From Haliotis rufescens (Eukaryota): a DNA stretch of 64,000 bases. Of the stretch, positions 1-11,630 are shown piece by piece. The stretch covers positions 14,818,001 to 14,882,000 of the forward strand of contig NW_025963879.1 of NCBI RefSeq assembly GCF_023055435.1, read 5' to 3'. Under the pieces are notes generated by a model, which ran no database searches, was not told the origin of the DNA, and saw only the letters and a program-made list of their open reading frames with translations. Position 1 is the stretch's first letter. Each line of letters begins with the position of its first letter. Both the position numbers and the translations under genes were made by a program.

Positions 1-1250
1 CACATGTTGCTACAAGTGCATGGATCTACGAATACATGTCAATATTTAACACGTCCATCAAATATATATAGATCTATTTCACATTTCCGTTGAACCAGTA
101 AGTGCGGGTTTGTATGGTGTTATGTATGAACATAAACATTGAAGGGGAACAACATAACGAAAGTACACGTCACAGTTACAGGTTTTCTACCCCTAGATGC
201 GAATTTCAACCGGTATTATGAGTCAAACACATGCCCACACACATACAGCTTGAAACACCGCTAATGAATTGTAGATGAATTCTGTGTCAGATTGTGTTTT
301 GTCTATTAAGGAGAGAATGGATATGACACCTACCTGTGGAATCTTGTCAATGTTGAGCAAAGGGACGTAATTTCGCAACATATCGCTACTAATATTATCT
401 CCCTTGAAATAACGAAACATTTTCAAACATACACATTACACAGCTCTATCCCCGCCCGAAAGGTTCTATTTTCAAGATTGGAACGAAGTGATACTTAATA
501 TTGGTTACAAGCACTGACGTAGTAACCAATAAAAAAACGACTCCTAAAACTTGAACGACTCCCTCGACGACAAATATAATGACCATTACGCCGACTCCGG
601 GTACTTCTTTCCTTCATAGAAGATGATCAAATCCGGGGTAGGATCAGCATTGAATATACCTTTTAGTATTTGCCGCAATTAGAAGGAGGTATAATGACAT
701 TTTACAAAGATGGCAGAGAATTGATGCTTGTTTCAATTTTAAACGGTAATCATTCTTTGGAATTCCAATATTTACATAATGTAAATCAATAGGCCATCCC
801 ACAGTTGATTTATTGCATTTGGTGTCCAAAGTCATACCGACGTCCCAATGTAGGCGAGCTGTGTTGAGCGCACGGAAATTGTAGAGTGGTGATTTAGGGG
901 CCGCACTACAGCCCCGATGCTGTCATGTTTGATTGTACAATGAGGGGGCACGGGTGGCCCAGTCGTTCGAGGCGCCGCGATTCGCTGTGCAGAGTTGCGT
1001 CCCTTGGGCACGCCAGAAACCTAATATTGTGGGTTCGAATCCCGGTTCGCCCGGATTATGTTTCTAGGTTTGTCAGCACCATACCCGTGCTCGTGGGTTT
1101 CACCGAAGTGGTAAACGTCTGAGACCTGCATCACTTCGGGCTTTCCTCCAACTTTAAACTGACACGCCGTGATATAACTGGAATACTGTTAAAAGCGGCG
1201 TTAAACCCAACTCACTCACTCATTGTACAATGAGTTGTCTGTTTATATGC
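1..1250. repeat. Segmental duplicate of the TRIM 5' flank (pairs with ~12817-14065; more distant copies at 16010-16620 and 28420-29800)
   Basis: Near-identical text including the same SINE A insertion. Confidence 0.92.
945..1221 (+). mobile_element. SINE family A (tRNA-Leu-like head), full length
   Basis: A box TGGCCCAGTCG, B box GGTTCGAATCC, (ACTC)n tail, TSD ATTGTACAATGAG. Confidence 0.9.
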
Positions 1251-1670
1251 TACAGCATGCGGCCCGAAGCGCCACACAATGCAGTTCTGTTCTGATCATA
1301 TGCGTGTGTTCGCAGCTACTCTAGTGCACCATAACACTGATGTGCCTTCATTAATATACAAACATGGTCGCATTGACACTCTTGGCTTCGGTATACAGTT
1401 CTTAATAATGTTGGATGTTTGGACATAGCGTATCGACCAGTAGAATATTGAAGGGGCAAAGTGAAATTACTTTCGAAGGGAGAAATCATGTGCAATGCAA
1501 CAAACCCAAATTAAGAAACCTGTTCATTTCAAAGAGCGTTCATTTCACAATTGTTAATTAGTTTCTTAGTGCTCCTGTTTCACCTGTGCATCCACAGTCA
1601 CGAAATGTCCTGCTGACGGAAATCTCCCAGTTTGGTCATATAGCTGCCCAGAGGCCCTTTTCAGACCTTA

Positions 1671-1795
1671 GGGGCGGTCGGGTAGCCTAGTGGTTAGAGG
1701 GTTCGCTCGTCACGCCGAAGACCCGGGTCCGAAGCCGTTTTCTGGTGTCCCCCGCCGTGATATTGCTGGAATATTGCTAAAAAGCCACACCCACT
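1671..1795 (+). mobile_element. SINE family B (tRNA-Asp-like head), internally deleted
   Basis: gggtagcctagtggtta..cGTCacgccgaagacccggg; TSD ttttcagacctt. Confidence 0.85.
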
Positions 1796-2140
1796 CTTTT
1801 CAGACCTTGAGGGAGATGGTGTCGAGAAAGGTCAGGATGTCAATACTCAAACCTATGTCAAAATATGTGTTTGATTAATTCTGTTTACTATATCACTTAT
1901 TATATCATTATCATTCTCAAGAGAGGTGATATCATGTAAAACCACTGGTCAAAGTTCAAGGCCACTATCGTTATTAAACTTTCTGGTTTGGCAACACAGT
2001 CACTGTGGGTCTGTGTACATAAAACCTGGTTATGCAAATTGAGGTAATACATTCAGGGAATTGTTGTTGGCTTGGGTTCGTATGAAGGTTCGACAGAAAT
2101 GAATATCAAAGGCTGTCATTTGCGTCACAGTACAGTCGCC

Positions 2141-2292
2141 GGGGGGCGGTCGGGTAGCCTAGTGGTTAAAGCGTTCGCTCGTCACGCCGAAGACCCGGGT
2201 TCGATTCCCTACATGGGTACAACGTGTGCAGCCCATTTCTGGTGTACCCCGCCGTGATATTGCTAAAAACGGCGTAAAGCCATACTCACTCA
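2141..2292 (+). mobile_element. SINE family B
   Basis: A box TAGCCTAGTGG, GTC anticodon loop, B box GGTTCGATTCC, shared tail. Confidence 0.88.
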
Positions 2293-5200
2293 GTGTTCAT
2301 TGCTTCCCACAGTGTAGGTAGCATATATGAGTATGTAGTAAGGATACGCCCAAAATAAAAATGGCGTGGGAAAGACAAGGCTATACCTTACCCGGGATCA
2401 GTTACACTTCTCCGAGATCTTATTGTGAAACGTCCGTGGTTGAGTCACATCCGGGATTCGAACCCACACTGCCAGAGTGAGGCACCTAATCGCCAGCACA
2501 CAAACGCTTCCAGTTCTCCTGTTCGTCCACAGTTATGAAATGTCCCGAGGACGTAAATCTCTCAGTTCTTGTGGATACCTAGCCATGTAGATGCCCAAAG
2601 GCTTGCTCCTTCAAAATTTGAGGAGGTCTGTGTTAAGTATTGTCAGAATGTAAATTGCGACCTAAAGAAAACCCAAATAATAATGCATTATATCAAAGTG
2701 CACCTATAGATAAATAATTTAACAACATTAACATAGTAATTCGTGATCAAAGGGAGACTACTCTTGTATTGCAAGAGCGCATCATGTCAATAATTGCTTG
2801 GACGGCACTCTTTTCCGTTGAAACAGCCACCCAAGACGCAGTAGCTTATAAGTTCCCGCCCTCCCTTCCACGATTTTTAACCATTACTTAAATTGCTATG
2901 TCAGCATACCTTGGGGTGTTTTTGTCAATCCAGCAGATTTCTTTGGTTTGTCTTTTTCTTCTACTTGCAGGGATGGTGTATATTGATGCGGGTCTCCTCA
3001 TTTGATGCCCTATATATATGTGGGAGTTTGGCCGAGTGGAATAGTCGGCGATGATGGTGCCCCTCGCTATTATTCCTCTCATGCCATTGGTCTGGTAGGC
3101 TGGACGCTTGGCAGCTATCGGTCTGCTAACCACCAGGAGGTTATTTGTAGGCTTGAGGTGGCCATTGGGTGCCTCCCCGGCTGAGCGGTGTACTTCATTT
3201 GCCGTGAGGGTTCGGGTCCAAATAATCATATTTTGTATTCACAACCAGCAATAAACTGTGCCCAGATGTCTTCCACCAATTCAATTGTTTGTATTTATTT
3301 CATCCATGTAGGCTTTCTTGGGTTGGTTAAACTTTTTTTATATGTTGGTAACAATAAATACAAATAATGCTAACATGCTGACGTCACACACTACAGATAG
3401 CCTTAACAAAAGATGTTCGTTCAAGACATCATCACAGATGAAATTAATTGAACATTGGCGAAGCATCAAGAAAAATAAATATATTGTTGACCAGGCCTCA
3501 GGTTAATTTGTACTGTTACAAATACATACACAGTTAAGACTCGATATCAGAAAGCATTGCTTAACTATATTTCAGGATAAGAAATGTACAAGTATTTTCA
3601 CACATCCCGTAAAGATGTTGATTCGATAAATGTTGTTTAAGTTATTTAAATGACACTTGCTCCTTATGTGTAACCAATGTGAATGAGATTTAATACATGG
3701 AATGCAAGCCTGAAATGTCACACAAGATGCATAAAGGAACTGAAAATAAATTGAAACAAAATTCGGAACACATTCTCTCAATTTTACTTGTTGTTTCTTA
3801 TTATTCTGTGTTAAGAGAAGTTGGTGTACTTTGTCACTGAATTCGGATGTGCATCATAGGTAAAACATGTGAGCAAATATATAAACATGACCCCAAAGAA
3901 AAATAAATATACTAATGTAATATATGATGGTAATTTAAATATATTTGAATAAAGAATCTGTACCATGTTTAGACGTTAATATATATGCCCACATTTACAT
4001 GCAAATTGTTGTTTTCTAGTTGTCTTACGCGGGTGTATAATAGGATCGTCTCCGAAATTGGAAACTGTCTGTGCAGCAATAGCTATAAAGGCGTTTGCGC
4101 TCCTGTCATGGTCACCTCTTTTACATACGCGACGTGTCTGGGCCATGATGCATGTACGCTATATAACAAAATAACGTATGAAAAATTTATTTGCATAAAT
4201 TATATCTTCATAACTAAGGCAGTGTAATTTGTTGTTAATCAATGCATAATTGCATTACATTGTTTCTGTTAAGATTCAGTAGAAGCTCAAAGCATTCTCG
4301 GTGTTTTGACAATGGTTGCTTGTCAGAAATGTAGTACTATCTAATGTAAGCAGTGGTGTGAGAGTAGTGTAATCTAGGATGTTCCATTTCAGCCGGACTG
4401 GTCCAGCACTGTGTAAAAGTTCTGGAAGCTAGTTAGACCATATAATGAGTCAGCAGGTGCCTCTCTGTCTTCACATTACATCTCACATGACATCAAGACC
4501 CGCGGATGTGTGAAGATCGTTGTTTTCACTCTGTAAACCCAGCCTAGGCCTACTTAAGAAGTTTGACCACCGTTGCTGCTAGGTGAATATTATTGTCTCT
4601 GTCATTATTGCTATAACCACTACTACTTTAGTTGTTATTGCCATTGTACTTGTACTGCAATTGAATTTTGTACTGCCCTTCTAACGTATACTGCTATGGT
4701 AATTGCTGGGATGAAAGTTGTATTGATTTGTAAACCTAGTTTATTTTTTAATTTACAGCCTTTAATTGTATACCATTTGTCGTTTGTTGGTTTCACAATT
4801 CATTAGCGTACAGAGTTCAGGGTTAACTAACTGTTTCAATTTAGAAATCGACACGTAACAACTGTATGGTTGTGGTCACTTATGGGTGTGTCAGTGGAAT
4901 AAGGTGCTGCAATTCGGATGCACTAGTAGTGGAGAGATCTGTTGTACATGGGTTTGAATCTAGATAATATAATGATTATCTAGATAATAATGCTTGACGT
5001 ATCAGCACTGATAAAATATGTTGACAAAGTTCTTGATTAAAGATTTAAAAACTGAACTAAAGAACATTCTAAATGTCTAGTGTATGGCCCGAGGTTGTAT
5101 GGTAGTACTTCCCAAGTGCTATGCAACGTCTCTTCCGTTCAAATGTTTATTCCATTGATGTGAGAGATAGACAATGATTTTGATGGAATCAACTGCCTAA

Positions 5201-6040
5201 CTGTCGTTCGTAATATCCCGTGTTAACCTTTTCGAGGTTTCGTGATTAGAAAACTCATTCCGACTGTCACTTTCCTGATCTGGAAAGCTACGCTCTGATT
5301 GGTCGGATGAAAGGTCGTTCTGACGTGACCTCTAATGGGATGCCCTCAGATCTTTGTTTAGCTTTAGCGAGAACTAAGATCTGATTTTAATGAGTTTGAC
5401 CTCACTCACTCCTCACGTGTTGAATACAGACAATTTTCTGGTATTTCACATTACACGGTGACATCAATATCCTTAATGGAAATGGCATCGGAGGTACATT
5501 AACTGTTGCATATCAGTGCGCATTCCTGAACAAATTCAAAATCTCAAACAAACACGGACAGGATTTACATAAATTCTGTTTTATTGTTTTGTGTTATTGC
5601 AGTTTGTCTGGGTAACAAGTTTATATGATATGTGCATATAAAGATTATATCAGAAGTAAATGTAATCAGAAGTGTGGACCTAAAATCTATCATGTAAAAG
5701 TATTTACATGTAAAAGCGTTAATGTGTAACAATGCAGTGACCGACATCTCAGCTATATCAGGGCAGCCTGTAAATTATCATGTCTGGGCCAGGTAAACCA
5801 CACCTGTTTGAATGTCACTTGTCAATGAAGTCCAGTGACATCTTCTTCTCTCAATAAGTGATATTTTATGGCCGCATAGCACAACTTAAGCAAGGTAAAT
5901 CACGCCTGTTTGAATGTCACTTGCCAATATTATTTGGCCGCAAAGCACAGTTTCAGCCAAATAAACCCCGGATATACTTTTTTCTTGTTTGATCTTCAAC
6001 GTGGAATATCCTTCTACTGTAATTCTACCGTTTCCCACAG

Positions 6041-6976
6041 TTATTGGGTCACAAAGGTTAAAACCTTAATACCATCTAACAAAACATACACACGACCATT
6101 CCCATCTTCACAAATCCCGCGTGGATACTTTAAATCAGTCGGAATGGTTCCAACAACCTCTCCTGACTCCGTCAGATGGATGACGCTGTGCAGATGGTAA
6201 TCTGTAACCAGGATGTCACCTGTGCTGAGACTTGTCATACGAAGTGTAAACGTCGCTGGAATCTCAAGGTCTGTGGGTCGGTAGTTGAAGACCACATCTC
6301 CCTTGGGGGTCAGACACACGAAACACCTGGTTTTCTCGTCAGACACCAGGATGTTTCCTGACGTCGTGGTAGAGAGGAAACTGGGATACTCTACGATGGT
6401 TATCTGTTCAATTAACCGCTGTTTTTCTACTGTCATACCATGGTTATCACGTGGACGACAGTTCAGGATATCAAGACAGGTGACTTGGATTTCATCATAG
6501 AGATCAGACTTATAACTTTGCGGTTAACTCAATAGTTTCTGATCTGGAGGTTTTAAGTAGGCTTTTGTGGTGAAACTTACTGCAAGTGTCGATGGTGTCA
6601 GGGATGTAATGCCAATGTATTCATTGCTGGTGTTGATGGTTGTCAGCAGCTGCAATTCCAGGTCCGGATTGACGCCTACTATTGAAATCTTTTTCCTATT
6701 AAGCAAAGTGACAGCCACCTGATTGTTTTGCAACTTAGTCAGATCAAGCGGATTGCTTTCCAGACTGAGCCTACTGTGGCGTGAGGCACCGTGCTTTTTG
6801 TAGAAGGACTTCACGCACATGTTAGTCAGGTCTATGACTATAATTATATCTGTACCGTCCACCGCCATCACTGTCATGCCAACGGGCTGTGCTATCTCTC
6901 CATCTCCCGCTACTCTGGTGGATGTGATGTCTAACGTAGGAGTAGCCTTCAGGGATAGTTTCATTGAGGTCGCCAT
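6041..6976 (-). pseudogene. NHL-propeller-only TRIM paralog with one in-frame TAA (6524-6526)
   Basis: ctttcag|ATG GCG ACC TCA (MATS) is joined directly to LKATPTLDITSTRVAGD, homologous to LEATPALRDTISTRVAGD of the intact TRIM. ORFs 6524-7087 and 6041-6436 are in the same frame. C-terminus GIKVLTFVTQ vs GIKVFTFVTK. Confidence 0.82.
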
Positions 6977-7493
6977 CTGAAAGATTGAAGTAAGTTGATT
7001 TTCGTAGTTTCTCATTTGTAGTTTAAATATTCCACAAAAAACAACAACATTTGTTCTGAATTTACGTTTGAATAACACCCAAGGCAACAGTAACGTACAT
7101 CTTAACCCCCAAAATAGGCACGTCTTATTTTATTATTTAACAGTTCGACTGCTTTTTCATTACCAATGTTACGCTTGCGAGTACCGCTTGACAATCACAA
7201 AGATGCAGGGTTGCGAGAATCGGAGGTGTGTGTGTGGTCTGTTTCTGTGACAAAAACGTAGACTGATGTCCTGCATTGGTTACAACCGCATGTGCACAAG
7301 CGAGTAAGCTGATTTTCCTCATTTCCATGAGGAAAGTTGACTTGCGAAGCATGTTCACCTTCCTGGTTTAGCTACACAGTTCACGATTCATCCACCTGTC
7401 ACCGAGTCTCATGATAACCCAAATGAGACCATCAACTACACAAATCACATGTTACAAGTCCATGGATCTACTAATATATGTTAATATTGGGGA

Positions 7494-7507
7494 GCGCCAC
7501 CTAGCGG
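7494..7507 (-). promoter_or_regulatory. CTCF-like motif at the LINE 5' end
   Basis: CCGCTAGGTGGCGC on the minus strand fits the bilaterian CTCF core consensus. Confidence 0.45.
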
Positions 7508-7624
7508 TGTGTAGTGCAGCAGCAGAGAAATTTCGCTCTGAGAAAAAAATGAAATAACGTCAAAACCAATCTACCACCGAAGGTAACATTTTGAGAAGTT
7601 CCTCATATCAACAACGTCTAGAAG

Positions 7625-8539
7625 ATGAGCTGTGAACATGCAGATTATACAGCCAGAATCGGCTGTTTTCACTCAATCTTTATCAACTTCATGTTCAAAA
7701 GAGCTAGACGAGCAGCCATGAGGCCGCACGTGCTGCGCGTGCCGAAGAACACCAGGTTACTTCTGCGTCTCTGTTTGTTTGTGTCTGTGTTGACGTTGAC
7801 ACTTAGCAACGATGCCAAAACCCGCCAACTGACGATTGAGGCTTCTGCTTCTGAAGTCCTAAAAGAACTGAAAGAAATGCGCAAGGAAATAAATGGGAAC
7901 TTTGATAAACTTAATCGAAAAATTGAATCTGTTGAAAGGGATATGCAATTGATGATGGAGGAAAACAAAGAACTGAAAGACACTGTGAATAATCTATCAA
8001 ATAAAGTGGAATATCTGGAGGGACTTAGCAAGAGAGATAATCTGATATTATATAATATTGAAGAATCTACTGGCGAAACCACAAGCGAAATCGAAAATAA
8101 ACTTAAAGAAGTTATCACCAAAATGGAACTGAGACCCACAGACTTTGTATATGATGACATCAGACGACTTCCTACCAAATCACTGGGACCCAGACCTGTA
8201 CTCGTGACTATTAGAAATTCGCTTGACAGAAAATCGATATTGAAAGGATCAAGCAAACTGAAAGGATCGAAGTTTGGTGTCTCTCAGGATTTTCCAGAAA
8301 AAGTACGACAAACCCGACGTAAGTTGAAAACGTTTCTAGATAAGGCAAGAGATGAAATGAAGTATGCAGTACTGAGATATGATAAGATTCAAATTGATAA
8401 CAAACTGTACAGATTTGATCACATAAATGAAAATCTAATACACATAAAGACATTCTCACCAGTCACTAGGAGTGGTATAAACAACGCAGCAGCAGTGACG
8501 GAATCAGCGGAAGCAACAGATACAAATGATGATGATTAG
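7625..8539 (+). CDS. LINE ORF1 protein (hydrophobic N-terminus, coiled coil, L1-type RRM/CTD)
   Basis: Open 304-aa ORF with a heptad region followed by SKRDNLILYNIEE..RPVLV..SQDFP..R..RRKL, as in L1/TD1-type ORF1. Confidence 0.85.
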   Translation: MSCEHADYTARIGCFHSIFINFMFKRARRAAMRPHVLRVPKNTRLLLRLCLFVSVLTLTLSNDAKTRQLTIEASASEVLKELKEMRKEINGNFDKLNRKIESVERDMQLMMEENKELKDTVNNLSNKVEYLEGLSKRDNLILYNIEESTGETTSEIENKLKEVITKMELRPTDFVYDDIRRLPTKSLGPRPVLVTIRNSLDRKSILKGSSKLKGSKFGVSQDFPEKVRQTRRKLKTFLDKARDEMKYAVLRYDKIQIDNKLYRFDHINENLIHIKTFSPVTRSGINNAAAVTESAEATDTNDDD

Positions 8540-11498
8540 GGGTGTGGCCAACGTCCATTATGCACAGATATCAGCCTAAAACTGTCAGTGTGGAACTGTG
8601 AAGGTTTCAAGAGATTACTACAAAAGAGTCTTTCTTTAGATTTTATCAATAAACATCACATAGCATGTTTCGTGGAATCCTGGTTGAATAAAGAAGATAA
8701 AGTAGACATTAATGGATATAATACATACAGCAAAACCAGAACTAAAGCAAGTGGTGCTATCAGAAACTCAGGCGGGATACTCACATGCGTGAATCAAGAC
8801 ATTTCAACTTACGTCTGTGAATTACTAAAACAGATAATGTCCAGTGGATAAAACTTCAGTTAAACATTACTGTGGTGATAGGCACTGTGTATTACTCTCC
8901 AGAAGGATCAACCAGCTCACACTCAAAGGAACAATTGTTTGATATTCTAGAAGAGGATATTGATACGTTTCGAAGTTCTTTTCCTAATTGTGAATTCATT
9001 CTACATGGTGACTTTAACGCCAGAACTGGGAATTTAGCAGACTATTTAGAAAATGATGATACCACCTATTTGCCAATTGACGAAAATATAAACTATATAA
9101 TGGATGAACCCGCCCCAAGAATATCTCAAGAAAACAATGTAAACAAAAGGGGAAAGTCATTGTTAGACTTTTGCAAGAAAAATGAACTCCGTATCTGCAA
9201 TGGTCGTTTGTTTCAAGATAAAGACATTGGGAAAATAACTTGTGTTGTGAATGAGGGCCAAAGCGTTGTAGATTATGTTTTGTGCTCAAATAACATATTT
9301 CACCAGTTTACCAGTTTCGATATTTGTAACGAAGTTGAATCCACACACTTTCCTATCACATACTTGTCTTGTTCAAGGGATATAGATCACCTAAGTTGAC
9401 CAATGATACATTATCTAAAAAGTCAAGATATGTCTGGAACGAGAACAAAATGGTAAAATACACTGAAAATTGGAATTTAATATCGGAACATTCTATCCTA
9501 GAAATAACAACAAAAGCAGCATGTGGGCGTGTCGAGGAAGTGGCTGAAAAATTCCACGACTTGCTACTGTCATGTTCAAAGGACTTCAAGAAATCGTCAG
9601 TATCCACAGTCAACAAGGGACATAACTGGTGGGATGCGGAATGCTACCAAGCCAGGTGTGACGCACGCCGTAAACTTCGTGCATTTCATGCAACTAACTG
9701 TAGACGCGACCGCCTCAACTATATCGAAGCATGGAAATCATACAAACATTTGTGTCACCTGAAATGTTCACGTGCTCTCAATATGAAAAAGGAAAAACTT
9801 CAGGAGAGCCTTCTTAATAGGGACAACAAACTATTCTGGTCAATTCTAAAGGGAAAACGACAATTCACAAATCCAGTTATCACACCTGCTGAGTGGATAA
9901 GACATTTTGAAAGCCACTTTAATAGTATAAGCACTTCACCCGATGAACAATCCTTTATTGAAAGCATAATGGACTTTATTGACTCAATCACCGATGATTT
10001 GATAGATACAACTGTAAATACGAATGATTTAGATAGAGATATTAGTTATGATGAAATTACTGCTGCTATTTCAGGTATGAAAAAGGGCAAAGCTCCAGGA
10101 TATAGTGGTATACCAATTGACTTTTTCAAAAATGCTCCATTTGCTTGCGTTAACCTATTACTGACTTTATACAATGCAGTATTGAGAACTGGCATCTATC
10201 CAAAACAGTGGTCACTTGGTGCAATACTTCCAATTCATAAAAAAGGAAATGTAAACAATCCTAAAAATTATCGCCCCATAACTTTACTGGAAGTTTCCGG
10301 TTTGCAGATGACATGGCACTCTTCGATAGAACAGTAAAGGGTCTACAAAAAAGACTTGACAAATTATCTGTTTATTGTTAATAATGGAGCCTCTGTGTTA
10401 ATGTTGAGAAAACAAAAGTAGTTGTTTTTAGAAAAGGTGGTAGACTTAGGAACTATGAAAAGTTTTATCTTGACAATAGACCGTTAGAAATAGTTCCTTC
10501 CTATAAATATTTAGGTGTTCAGTTCTCTAGCAGTGGTTCCTGGTATAAAACACAGAAAACTCTGTCTTTTCAAATGTCCAAGGTTTTGAATACAATGCGC
10601 TCCCAATGTAATAATTTTAGAAATTTATCATTGCCGGTATTGCTGTATATTTTTGATGTTAAATTGTTTCCAGTGTTGACTTATGGATCTGAAATTTGGG
10701 GTTTTCATCCATCGCCAGACGCAACCCGTGTTTACGATACTTACTTTAAGCAATTACTCTGTCTTGGTAGAAGCACACCAAATGTTGTTGCTAGAGGTGA
10801 AGTTGGATATTGTTCATTAAAAGCTAAGATGTACATCAAAATAATTAAGTATTGGCTGAGATTAATTTATCAACAAGATAATGTGATTCTACAGCAGGCA
10901 TATTCTTTTCAATATAGGTTAGCTGAATTAGACAAGAGTTGTTGGGCATATAATGTTAAAATGCTTTTATTTAAGTACGGTTTTGGATTTGTTTGGAAAA
11001 ACCAAAATGTTAATTGTATCACTTCCTTTTTGTCAGAGTTTGAAGAGCGTTGTAAAGAGATTGATTACCAAATGTGGTTTGAGGATTTGTCAAAATATTC
11101 TAAATTGAAAATGTACCAGTCTGTTAAGACTGTCTTTAAATTTGAAGAATACCTATCACTTGTCATTGTACATCCTTATAGAAATGCTCTGATTAAATTT
11201 AGATGTTCAAACCATAAACTTATGATTGAATACGGACGTACACTTGGTATAAGTGCGAATGAAAGATTCTGTCCATTGTGTATCGTACCTTGTGTCGAAA
11301 CTGAATACCATTTTTTGTATGATATGCCCATTCTATAATGATATAAGAAGTCTATTACCAAAATACTATGTACAAAACCCAACTCTTTTTAAATTCCAAC
11401 AACTACTGTCATCACAAAATGCCTACACTGTAAATGTCTTAGCGAAATATATTTTCCTGTCAATGAAAAAAAGATGTAAACAACTCAATATTAATTAA
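8540..11498 (+). pseudogene. LINE ORF2 (APE endonuclease + reverse transcriptase), disrupted
   Basis: Split over ORFs 8588-8851, 8872-9399, 9369-10337, 10574-11338 and 11253-11498; jumps from NYRPITLLEVS to FADDM at ~10300. Confidence 0.88.
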
Positions 11499-11630
11499 TT
11501 GTCACTTTGATTGACCAATGTATAATATTGTATGGCGCTCAATTGAATTGAAAAAATCAATGAAATATGTATTGTATAATGGGCCGGTGGCCCCTTTACT
11601 GCAATAAACTCTCTCTCATATGTTAATATT

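Larger units (their letters stand above)
7489..11617 (+). mobile_element. Non-LTR retrotransposon (RTE-X-like LINE) with both ends, an internal RT deletion and ORF2 frameshifts
   Basis: TSD ATATGTTAATATT at 7476-7488 and 11618-11630; 3' end AATAAA+(CT)n. APE endonuclease motifs (WNCEG, FVESW, GDFNAR, VVDY, STHFP), RT start (GKAPG..NYRPITLL), FADD, YKYLG, LTYGSEIWG and C-terminal CxxC..E.EYHFL..C. An empty-site paralog is at ~15001-15040. Confidence 0.92.

Noticed and set aside
223-426. Short ORFs repeated in the duplicated flanks (223-426/13052-13243; 12275-12535/15466-15699)
   Set aside because: Similarity reflects recent DNA duplication; frames break in more distant copies
2141-2220. tRNA-Asp gene (and other tRNA-like heads)
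   Set aside because: No acceptor stem pairing; each continues into a SINE body and tail, often with TSDs
4104-4860. Possible Gypsy solo LTR (TGTCATG..CGTAACA)
   Set aside because: LTR-like composition, but no target-site duplication could be found, so boundaries are unsupported
7669-8256. 195-aa minus-strand ORF
   Set aside because: Antisense shadow of LINE ORF1
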